A DNA stretch of 64,000 nucleotides from contig SMSO01000014.1 in assembly GCA_004764695.1 (NCBI GenBank), positions 1,359,648 through 1,423,647 of the forward strand, given 5' to 3'. This stretch comes from Schizochytrium sp. TIO01 (taxonomy: Eukaryota; Protista; Bigyra: Labyrinthulomycetes). This document shows positions 42,600 through 51,368 of the stretch, piece by piece; the first letter of the stretch is position 1; every line of letters starts with the position of its first letter. The notes under the pieces were generated by a model. The model had not been told where the DNA came from, made no database searches, and worked only from the letters and a program-made list of their open reading frames with translations. The position numbers and the translations under genes are program-made.

Positions 42600-44447
42600 A
42601 TGTCACAAAGCAACATGCAAACTCGTGCACGGACAATGAGCGGGAGAGTACGTCTTATTGATCGAATTCGTGCAAAGATTGCAGATGCTGAAACTTTTCA
42701 CTCATTTGAATATTTCCCACCTCTGAATGAAAATGGTCGCAAATCATTGCAAGTGCGAGTGGATCGCATGGCTGACATGCGTCCATTGTTTGTAGATGTC
42801 ACAGCACGTGCAGGAAACCTTGAAGATACTCTTAGTCTTTGCCGAGACATCATCCGTTTTTGCAATGTAGACGTTATGATGCACGTCACTTGCGCAGGGC
42901 TTTCTCGTGCTGATATGATTGATTTCCTGAGTCGGGCTCTTGAGGCTGGCATTACTAATGTTCTCGCGCTCCGGGGTGACGAAGCTGGACGGCAGGGATC
43001 TGACAATGATGAGTTCCCCCATGCGATAGACCTAGTTCGAGCCATTCGCGAGGAATTTGGGGATGCTTTCACAGTTGCAGTTGGTTGTTATCCAGAGGGC
43101 CTCGGACCACTTCGACCAGGAGAGACCATGCAAGAGAACCGAGCAAGACACATTGAATATTTGCGAGAAAAGGTTGATGCAGGTGCAAACTTTGCTATTT
43201 CGCAAGCTTGTTTTGACGCGGCAGCTTTCATCAGCTTTATCCAGGAATGCCGCGCTGCGGGAATCTCCCACGGGATCCCAATTATTCCTGGAATTCTGCC
43301 TATTCATAGTTACAAGAGTGTTAAAGCCCTTGTCGCAGACCTTGGTATTTCTTTTCCTGTTCATATGGAGGATGCTTTGACTCCTATCAAGGATGATGCT
43401 GGTTCTGTTTTGCAAACGGGGATTGAGCTTGTGGGCAGCCTCTGTACTGAGCTCTTGAATAGTGATTTGGTTCATGGTCTGCATTTTTACACGTTTAACC
43501 TTGAGTATGCTGTTCGGCAGCTTGTAGCAAACCATCTTGCGATTGGAACAAAACAGGTACTGCCGTGGCGGCAATCTGCTGACCCCAAACGTATGGAAGA
43601 AGACGTGCGGCCTATTTTCTGGGCGAACCGGCCGAAGAGTTACCTTATGCGCACAGAAGACTGGGCTCAATTTCCAAGCGGTCGGTGGGGCAACAACTCG
43701 TCATGTGAAAACTTTGCTACCCTTTCTGAAACAGAGGACTTGTTCTCGCGAGACACCTTTTTTCAGCGGCAGGACATTATGCGCAAAGCGTGGGGCGAGG
43801 CACCGCAAAACGAACAGGAGATTTTTGAGGTCTTTGCCAGGTTTTTGGACGGCCGCGTGCCCTTCCTGCCTTGGTGTGAGGAGAGCCTTCACATGGAGAC
43901 GAGTTTGATTCGAGACAAGCTTGTGGCTCTGAACCGTGCAGGTTATTTGACAATTAATTCTCAACCTAGAGTAAATGCTGCGCCATCTAGTTCATCTGAT
44001 TTTGGCTGGGGTCCTGATGGTGGATATGTGTATCAAAAGGCCTATATTGAGTTCTTTACCAGCCCACGGCGTCTGCGACAATTGATGGACTTGCTCAACT
44101 CACCCGAGTTTTCTGGACGTTCTTTAGTTTACCATGCCGTGGATCTCCGCGGAAACACATACTCAAATGACAAGCAGATGAAACCATGTGCTGTCACTTG
44201 GGGAGTCTTCCCAGGCAAGGAGGTCATTCAGCCAACCGTGGTGGACCCAGATACCTTTCTTGTGTGGAAAGATGAAGCTTTTGCTCTCTGGGTTCGCGGG
44301 TGGGCTTCTATTTATGAGGAAGATTCATCATCTTACAATCTCCTCTATGATATGCATGATGAATACTTTCTTGTTAACATTGTTGACAATGACTTCATTG
44401 ACGGCAATATTTTTGACCTCTTCGACCAACTGGTCGCGCTCGCCTAA
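42600..44447 (+). CDS. MTHFR: Methylenetetrahydrofolate reductase, eukaryotic type with C-terminal regulatory domain
   Basis: SFEYFPP, MMHVTC, NVLALRGD, YPEG, KVDAGA, IIPGILPI, GLHFYTFN, EDVRPIFWANRPKSY, FPSGRWG, LTINSQP, GGYVYQKAYIEFF, AVTWGVFPGKEVIQPT. The first in-frame ATG is at 42600 (track start is TTG); nearby downstream ATGs are alternatives. Confidence 0.96.
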   Translation: MSQSNMQTRARTMSGRVRLIDRIRAKIADAETFHSFEYFPPLNENGRKSLQVRVDRMADMRPLFVDVTARAGNLEDTLSLCRDIIRFCNVDVMMHVTCAGLSRADMIDFLSRALEAGITNVLALRGDEAGRQGSDNDEFPHAIDLVRAIREEFGDAFTVAVGCYPEGLGPLRPGETMQENRARHIEYLREKVDAGANFAISQACFDAAAFISFIQECRAAGISHGIPIIPGILPIHSYKSVKALVADLGISFPVHMEDALTPIKDDAGSVLQTGIELVGSLCTELLNSDLVHGLHFYTFNLEYAVRQLVANHLAIGTKQVLPWRQSADPKRMEEDVRPIFWANRPKSYLMRTEDWAQFPSGRWGNNSSCENFATLSETEDLFSRDTFFQRQDIMRKAWGEAPQNEQEIFEVFARFLDGRVPFLPWCEESLHMETSLIRDKLVALNRAGYLTINSQPRVNAAPSSSSDFGWGPDGGYVYQKAYIEFFTSPRRLRQLMDLLNSPEFSGRSLVYHAVDLRGNTYSNDKQMKPCAVTWGVFPGKEVIQPTVVDPDTFLVWKDEAFALWVRGWASIYEEDSSSYNLLYDMHDEYFLVNIVDNDFIDGNIFDLFDQLVALA

Positions 44448-45595
44448 AATTTGGACTCGTACCGCACATTATACTTCGTTTCATTTCTCTATATTGCTAA
44501 TATAGCATTTTTTTTTAAAAAATATAGCAGGTCAGATAGCGATTTTAAACATGTTCCTTATGACTGTTCCTTTTTCTTCTTCTCAGTATTCCTTCATATC
44601 AATTTCTATTTTCTACCTTTTTTGGTCTCATATATATACATATATATATAATATATTCTATAGAGAAATAATTTGGGCCCTTTCCCTTCTCAAAAAGAGC
44701 ATTCCGAACTTTGATTAACTAGTTCTAGTAGTCTGTACGTCTTAATTTTCCGAAGATAGTTTACCTAGCCCACTTCTATATACCTCTGACTCCTATTTCA
44801 CTGCTTTAATTTTCCTGTTTCCTACCTCGAATGACCTGGACTCAAATATCTGCAGCAAGTTTCACTGCGCATCCAGTTCCTTGTCCCTTCTGCCGCTCCG
44901 CGCCAGCTTCTTCTAGCATTCGTCTTTGCTTCCCTGTACGCTCTACCCCGTTTCATTAACCGCTCTTACTCTTTGCTCCCGACGCTCCTCCCTCTGATCC
45001 GCAGGAACCTGTGACTATTTGTTAAGCTTTAATTCAGGCCTGTTCCCACGTTCGTACCCCTCAGCTCAAAGCACAGCCCCCTCAAAAGCTCGCAAGCCTG
45101 ACCAGAGTAGCCTGGCCGCAGAAGCTGAACTTTTATAAAGCAGCTAGCCATTGAATATCAATATCATCGTCACCATTACTTGCACAATAATAGTTCCAAG
45201 TTCAAGCGACTTGGATCATCTGTATATGCCTCTATCTCACCATGTGTGCACTACTGCTTCGCAGCCTTCATGCTTTATGTTTCGGCCTTAACATTTCACA
45301 GCACATGGACCGAGAGCACGTGCCATGCACGCCATGGACGACCCTGATGCGCCCCATAGTAGTTTCGGCAGGTGTGCGCCTATATATATAATAGAAGAGA
45401 TCCGTTGAACCTCACTGCGGCAACTTATAGGTTCGCCTGCGAACGGCCCGCTTGATGCACGGCGCGGGGTGGTCGCGCAGGCTGCAGCGCGGAGACTTGA
45501 GGGATCAGCAAGTCTTTCGAAAATTTGAGTTGACAGCTGACTTGCGGTTTGGTCGGGAGTAAAACTTGTAGTCGGCAGAGTCTGCGAGAGGCGAG

Positions 45596-47323
45596 ATGGC
45601 GCCGATGGATGGGCGGTTCACTTCGACGCGATCGAGGCAGCAGCCGCCAAGGAGAGCAACAGCGTCTAAAATGAGGGTGGAGAAAAGCGAACATCGGATG
45701 GGGAGGGACGAGGATGATGACTATCTTGCAGCATCAGAGACGGGCAGCGTTTCCTCGGCGGGGGCTGTGAAGTCATGGAACAGAGATGCCACAGAGCAGC
45801 GATCAGCGTGGACAAATTATCATCCGACTGAACAGCATTCATCCAGCTATCATACAAGTGATGCTCAGCAATATTCGTACAACGACTGCCACGAGCAACA
45901 GCAGCAACAGCAGCAACAGGACTATGATGCGTACGGTCAACAAAACCATCATCATGGCCAAGAGAGTGAAGACAATTATTACCGTACCAGTCAAAATGCC
46001 TATCATAGTGATAGAAATGACAGCGAACAAGTCTACGGAAACACAAGACCTAGATATGGACATTCAGGAGCTAGCAATGCTTCTGCGAACTCCTTTTACG
46101 CTTATGATCAGCCGGGTTCCTTGAATTCAAGCTCAAATGGTTATTCATATTACCAAGGTTCTACACAGAGCCATCAAGGGAGTAACCGGCAGACTGCCAG
46201 AGTCGAGGAAGACTTGCGTACCGAAATTGAACTCGATCAAACAAGTTCGACTATGGCTTTCGTCAAAGCGAATCATTCACATGCCCAACAAACTCCCTAT
46301 TCCTGGCAAAATGGTGAGCATGATACGAATGGGTGGGCAGAACATTCACAGGAGGGAAAGATAAGTGACTACGATGATGGGTATGGAGGTTCGTCAAGTT
46401 ATGCGAATCGTGCAGACTATCACACACAGGTCACAGAGAAAGGAAACAACTACGAAAATAACCAAAATGACCCTCATGGCGCTGGAGATGATGACTATTT
46501 GAGTCATTACAAGGGTGGCATTGGAGGTGGAGTAGGGACCGCTGCCGGTGGCTACCAGTACGAATCAGACTACTCATCTTATTATGGGCAGCACGACAAT
46601 ACCAGCCTTGGTGGATACGAAACTAATCACTATGCTTACTACGGCGATGCCGAAAATAAAGAAGCTGATGACTATTCGGGGCACGAGAGCGCCGTCGTTT
46701 ACTCACACTCTCAGCCAAATTTTTCGTCGCGCAGCCTTGATCCTAATTTCTATGGCAGTGATACTTATTACGAGATGCGATCTCGCCCAGCCACGGAACG
46801 CGGTTCTGAAGGACATTATTATCAGCAATATGAGAGACAACCTTCTGGCAATAATACCCCGCATGTTCGCCGCCCACCCCCTGCTCCAATGGAATATTCT
46901 TTTCAACAACAACAACAACAACAACAACAACAAACTTCGCAGAGAGGTGCTTCAGATTTGCGTCTCCCTAAAGTCGAGGAGATTTTGACTGGTTCAGTGC
47001 CAAACATTTTCAGTTTGACAAGGCACAACAGGTACAACGAAGTTGAGGAACTCCTCGATGCCGGGCTTCCGGTTGACACACGTGACCGGCAAGGGAATAC
47101 AATTCTCTCAATCGCTTGTCAGAATGGCCTCAAACGAATTGCGAAACTTGCTTTGCGACGAGGAGCAAATATTAACACACAAAACTGTAGAGGCAATACG
47201 CCGTTGCACTTTTGTTACATGTATCAGTATGGTGATACGCTGGGTACCTACCTTTTATCCAAAGGTGCAGACCCTACCCTGGTCAATGCAGATGGAAAAG
47301 TCTGCCATGAAGTTGGAATGTAG
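45596..47323 (+). CDS. Ankyrin-repeat protein with a long Y/S/Q/N/G/H-rich low-complexity N-terminus
   Basis: About three C-terminal ankyrin repeats (GNTILSIACQNG..GANIN..GNTPLHFC..GADP); polyQ tracts, including (CAA)10 at 46904-46933. Confidence 0.85.
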   Translation: MAPMDGRFTSTRSRQQPPRRATASKMRVEKSEHRMGRDEDDDYLAASETGSVSSAGAVKSWNRDATEQRSAWTNYHPTEQHSSSYHTSDAQQYSYNDCHEQQQQQQQQDYDAYGQQNHHHGQESEDNYYRTSQNAYHSDRNDSEQVYGNTRPRYGHSGASNASANSFYAYDQPGSLNSSSNGYSYYQGSTQSHQGSNRQTARVEEDLRTEIELDQTSSTMAFVKANHSHAQQTPYSWQNGEHDTNGWAEHSQEGKISDYDDGYGGSSSYANRADYHTQVTEKGNNYENNQNDPHGAGDDDYLSHYKGGIGGGVGTAAGGYQYESDYSSYYGQHDNTSLGGYETNHYAYYGDAENKEADDYSGHESAVVYSHSQPNFSSRSLDPNFYGSDTYYEMRSRPATERGSEGHYYQQYERQPSGNNTPHVRRPPPAPMEYSFQQQQQQQQQQTSQRGASDLRLPKVEEILTGSVPNIFSLTRHNRYNEVEELLDAGLPVDTRDRQGNTILSIACQNGLKRIAKLALRRGANINTQNCRGNTPLHFCYMYQYGDTLGTYLLSKGADPTLVNADGKVCHEVGM

Positions 47324-47772
47324 AGCTCATGATCCCCCAGAAGTACATTCTCTTCGTTATTGAATAAAAATTTTAATTTGTAATCTAAGAATAAAGTTCG
47401 ACTTCAAGTCTTCTTTCTTTTCTGCAAACCTGCAAAACTAGAACCTAATTTATGATTTGACTTCGATAAAGAGATCTTTCATTTTGTAAGTCGACCCACA
47501 AAATCTCTGGCGAGCCAAACAAACTTGAAAACAGATATTGCGGACATCAGTAAAGATGAACAACTTCAGGAAATAAAAAATCATCTCTTTAGTGAAGGTA
47601 TAAAACGCATGCCAACATCGGCTCAGTTAGCCTTCACCTGAAGAGGGGTAAATGGATATAAATTTAAATGGCTATTTCTAGTATTAAAGCATTTCCTTTG
47701 TGTATATTACAAAGTCGGGAACAATAGATCTTATCTTCACGAAGAGAGGATTTTTGTCTACATTAAAGAGAG

Positions 47773-47790
47773 TGGTGTTGATTAACACCA
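47773..47790 (-). promoter_or_regulatory. Histone mRNA 3' stem-loop (variant), H2B
   Basis: Minus strand reads TGGTGTT-AATC-AACACCA with a 5' CCAAAC flank; identical to the H2A copy; 139 nt after the stop. Confidence 0.85.
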
Positions 47791-47929
47791 GTTTGGTTTG
47801 GTTTTGTACTCCACAAAGTGGCATGGAAACTGATATTCCCGCCTTGACTGAGGAGTAAGGAGTGAAAAGAGCTCCGTGCACAAGTGAGTGCGCGATAGCT
47901 TGCTTTACGCTGTTGCTTTTGATGGCAAT

Positions 47930-48292
47930 TTAGCTGGTGAACTTGGTCACAGCCTTGGTGCCCTCAGAAACGGCGTGCTTGGCAAGCTCACCGGGAAGCA
48001 CAAGGCGGACGGCGGTCTGCACCTCGCGGGAGGAGAGGGTGGCCTTGTCGTTGTACTTGCCGAGCTTGCCGGCCTCGGTGGCGAGGCGCTCGAAGACGTC
48101 GTTGATGAAGGAGTTCATGATGCTCATGGACTTCTTCGAGATACCGGTGTCGGGGTGAACCTGCTTGAGGACCTTGTAGATGTAGGAAGAGTAGGTTTCC
48201 GTGCGCTTCTTCGACTTCTTCGACTTGTCGCCGGCAGTCTTCGTGGCCTTCTTGGCCGCCTTCTTGGAGGGTCCCTTCTGTCCAGCCGCCAT
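47930..48292 (-). CDS. H2B: Histone H2B
   Basis: [64 protein letters not shown]. Confidence 0.99.
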   Translation of the reverse strand: MAAGQKGPSKKAAKKATKTAGDKSKKSKKRTETYSSYIYKVLKQVHPDTGISKKSMSIMNSFINDVFERLATEAGKLGKYNDKATLSSREVQTAVRLVLPGELAKHAVSEGTKAVTKFTS

Positions 48293-48530
48293 TGTTCTTG
48301 TTTTAGAGTTGCTTCGCTAAGATGCTTTGCGAGTTACGAGTTTGCTTCTGCCTCGACCTCGCCAAGCTTTGCCCAAGGCCCCCCAGTTCTTAGCCACTGC
48401 TTAACCAACTCCTACCTCCGCCCTTCTTTTCCTTTTGCGCTTTCTTCTTTACTGTTTTTCCCTCCTCACTCTCTCTCTCATGTTTGCCAAAAGTCTCTAT
48501 TCTCTTTCTTAAGCATCACTACGGTGAGGC

Positions 48531-48581
<51 letters not shown>
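48531..48581. repeat. (ATAG)12 microsatellite in the H2B-H2A spacer
   Basis: Read directly. Confidence 0.95.
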
Positions 48582-48897
48582 CAATCAAGGCTTCAAAGAG
48601 CCAACTTCTTTCTATGTTAATCGTTGTGCTCGGGACGGCTATTCGACGATTAGTATGGCGTTCGCCTCTGACCGGTTTGCGCAGGGTTTTGTTTTTTTTC
48701 TGTGCTTCGGCCGCCCAACTGCCGCTCATTAAGCCCACCTACCTGCAACCCATAGCAGTTGGTAGTTAGGTCCCACGGTTGGCTCTTTTCTTGTTTTTCC
48801 CTCTTTCTCGATGGCTTTTTCCTGCGGCGTTGGACCGGTTCGCGTCGGGTTTTGTTTTCCGTGGGAGATTTTTTTGCCCTCTGAAGGTGGAAAAACC

Positions 48898-48908
48898 TTC
48901 GCGCGAAA
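48898..48908. promoter_or_regulatory. Palindromic E2F-like site TTCGCGCGAAA in the bidirectional histone promoter
   Basis: Perfect 10-bp palindrome containing TTTCGCGC (E2F consensus TTTSSCGC) on the minus strand, ~150 bp upstream of the H2A ATG. The motif is short and could be chance. Confidence 0.35.
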
Positions 48909-49054
48909 GGGATAATATGGGGCACTGCTAGCGGTCCCTACGAAAGGCCTAGACAGGCAAGCAGGCTCTGGGCGATGGGGTCTCCGCATCAGGTCAGCAA
49001 TTCGCAAACTCCGAAGACTCGAAGAAGTCAACAAGAAACTTTCAAGCAAGAACA

Positions 49055-49438
49055 ATGTCGGGCAAGGGTAAGGGCGGACGCGGCAAGAAGTCGGGCAAGT
49101 CCACGACGCGCTCGGCCAAGGCTGGTCTCCAGTTCCCCGTTGGTCGTATCGCTCGTTACCTCAAGAAGGGCGGCTACGCTAACCGTGTCGGTGGTGGCGC
49201 CCCCGTCTACATGGCCGCCGTGCTTGAGTACCTCGCTGCTGAGATCCTCGAGCTTGCCGGCAACGCTGCCCGCGACAACAAGAAGGCCCGTATCATCCCC
49301 CGCCACATCCAGCTCGCCGTCCGCAACGACGAGGAGCTCAACAAGCTTCTTGGCAACGTCACCATCGCCTCTGGTGGTGTTCTCCCCAACATTCACGCTG
49401 TGCTCATGCCCAGCAAGAAGAAGGCTGCCCCCGCCTAA
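49055..49438 (+). CDS. H2A: Histone H2A (canonical type; no C-terminal SQ[E/D]Y/F motif)
   Basis: [69 protein letters not shown]. Confidence 0.99.
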   Translation: MSGKGKGGRGKKSGKSTTRSAKAGLQFPVGRIARYLKKGGYANRVGGGAPVYMAAVLEYLAAEILELAGNAARDNKKARIIPRHIQLAVRNDEELNKLLGNVTIASGGVLPNIHAVLMPSKKKAAPA

Positions 49439-49576
49439 GCGTGTTCAATCAAAGAACCGCCTCTGGCAAACAGCTAGATGCTCTGCTCTGTTGCCGCATT
49501 GGCTTCAGAGCACATGTCGTTCTAGCAAATCCCCTCTTGCATGTCTGGGTTTACCTGGATGCAAACTCAACCAAAC

Positions 49577-49594
49577 TGGTGTTAATCAACACCA
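49577..49594 (+). promoter_or_regulatory. Histone mRNA 3' stem-loop (variant), H2A
   Basis: TGGTGTT-AATC-AACACCA with a CCAAAC 5' flank, 138 nt after the stop; 30-nt identity with the H2B copy. Confidence 0.85.
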
Positions 49595-50354
49595 CTCTTT
49601 CAACGTAGACATTCCAGATCTTATCCTTGTATGAACCCTAGCTATAGATTAGACATTTTAACAAATACTCAAGTGGTAGCTGCTTTGGCGGACTTCTTGC
49701 TTGCACATTGGGATGTCAGCTTCGAACCCACTAATGGATTAAGCATCCTCTTTCCCTGACCTCCTTCACAAAAGCCGGGAAGCATCCTCCCCCTTAATAA
49801 TATGCATTATGATGCAATGTTGTAGGTCAGACGAATTACTTCTTGCATCTCGGCTTGATTTTCCTCACATAATTTCTTTCATACGGTCACCGCTTCTTTC
49901 TAATAAAAGAAAAAGATGACTTACTGAGTTAAAGGCGAGCCGGTATACATAATTCTTGACTTAAATGCATCTTCTGAGGATAATTGCTGCGTGGACACTG
50001 AGCCAAGGAATTCATCTAGCCTAGGTGCTGTCAGTAGAACAATGACTTCTTCTTTGATTAAAATTAATAAGACAGACGGTGAGATTCTGCCCTGGTGTGG
50101 TAATTTCGATAGTTGAGGGAATTGGATTACAAAGAAGTCATTGAACTGCTTTTTTGAGAACGTCGTCGCAGCAAGTTCGCGTTTAATTATATTCCTAGAC
50201 TTTATTAAACAGCTAGTTTGCCCTCGGATGCACACAGACAGCAGTGGCGTAATAGCCTGTTGAACGAAATAGAAAATGGTAATACCAGGAAATGAGAAAA
50301 TAGGGACATTTCAATTGTAAAGATTTTTATTAAAATTAAAAAAAAAAAAGAAAA

Positions 50355-51368
50355 TTACGCGGAGAAGTCAATGACGGTCTTGCCAATCGCCTTGCCAGAG
50401 TCCTGGAGCTCCTGGGCCTCCTTGATAGACTCCACAGAAAGGCCAGTCAGGCGTTTATGAGAAATCTTCTTAAGAGTACCAGCATCCACCAAGTCTGCCA
50501 CCTTACTCAGGAGGGCACCTTGCTTCTCACATTCCTGCTGGAACATTGGACGCATAAACATGATCTCGAGACTCAAGGTGAGGCGCATAGGGAAGAAGAG
50601 CTTGTTTACATCAATCTTGGAGCTGTCGCCCACAGTGATCGATCCAATGTAGCCACCAGGTCGCATAATAGACACAATGCGGTCGAACTGGTTGTCAAGA
50701 TCGACACCACAGAAACAGACGTCCACCTTGTCAACACCAACACGCTTGAGCTCTTCCTCAAAGTCATTGTGGTGGTTGATAATGTGTGTTGCACCGAGAT
50801 CCTTGCACCACTGCTCGGTCTCAGGGCGTGAAGCTGTAGCAATGACAGTCTCACAGCCAAGCACGTGGCGAGCAAGCTGAATAGCAGCAGATCCTACGCC
50901 ACCAGCTCCATTAAGCATCATAAACACCAAGTCCTTGCCACTGCCGTCAGTGGGAAGACGCAGATTCTCGAAGAGGAGCTCCCAAGCAGTAATGTATACC
51001 AGAGGAAGTGCAGCAGCATCAGCAAAATCCAGGGATTTGGGCTTCTTGCCGCAGATTCGAGAATCGATGGCCACAAACTCCGCATTAGATCCATCACGAG
51101 TGATGTCACCGGCAAACATGACCTCATCACCTTCCTTCAGCGAAGTCACCTTGGATCCAAGCTTACGTACAATGCCGGCGCCATCGTAACCAAGAATGCG
51201 GTCACCAACGCCAGCCATGTCAGCCTCGCGGTTCTTGCCATCGACAGGGTTCACAGCAGCGGCTTTGACCTCCACAAGTACGTCAAAGTCCCGAAGCTGG
51301 GGTTCATCAACAGTCTGCTCTGAGAGGGTATCAAGACCGCCCTTGCCCTTGCAAACGATAGCACGCAT
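50355..51368 (-). CDS. Zinc-type alcohol dehydrogenase-like MDR oxidoreductase (NADPH:quinone-reductase-like, AL_MDR / bacterial adh_fam_1 type)
   Basis: VEVKAAAVNPVD, ILGYDGAG, GDEVMFAGDITRDGSNAEF, AAALPL..ITAWELLF, Rossmann GAGGVGS, VIATASRPET..W..LGA, GKAIGKTV; lacks the GHE/Cys Zn ligands of true ADHs. Confidence 0.92.
   Translation of the reverse strand: MRAIVCKGKGGLDTLSEQTVDEPQLRDFDVLVEVKAAAVNPVDGKNREADMAGVGDRILGYDGAGIVRKLGSKVTSLKEGDEVMFAGDITRDGSNAEFVAIDSRICGKKPKSLDFADAAALPLVYITAWELLFENLRLPTDGSGKDLVFMMLNGAGGVGSAAIQLARHVLGCETVIATASRPETEQWCKDLGATHIINHHNDFEEELKRVGVDKVDVCFCGVDLDNQFDRIVSIMRPGGYIGSITVGDSSKIDVNKLFFPMRLTLSLEIMFMRPMFQQECEKQGALLSKVADLVDAGTLKKISHKRLTGLSVESIKEAQELQDSGKAIGKTVIDFSA

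Noticed and set aside
47726-47735. AGATCTTATC present downstream of both histone genes (also 49616-49625)
   Set aside because: Opposite orientation relative to the two transcripts and different spacing; probably chance.
47888-49634. 216-aa and 219-aa ORFs overlapping H2B and H2A
   Set aside because: Shadow ORFs caused by the strong codon bias of the histone genes.
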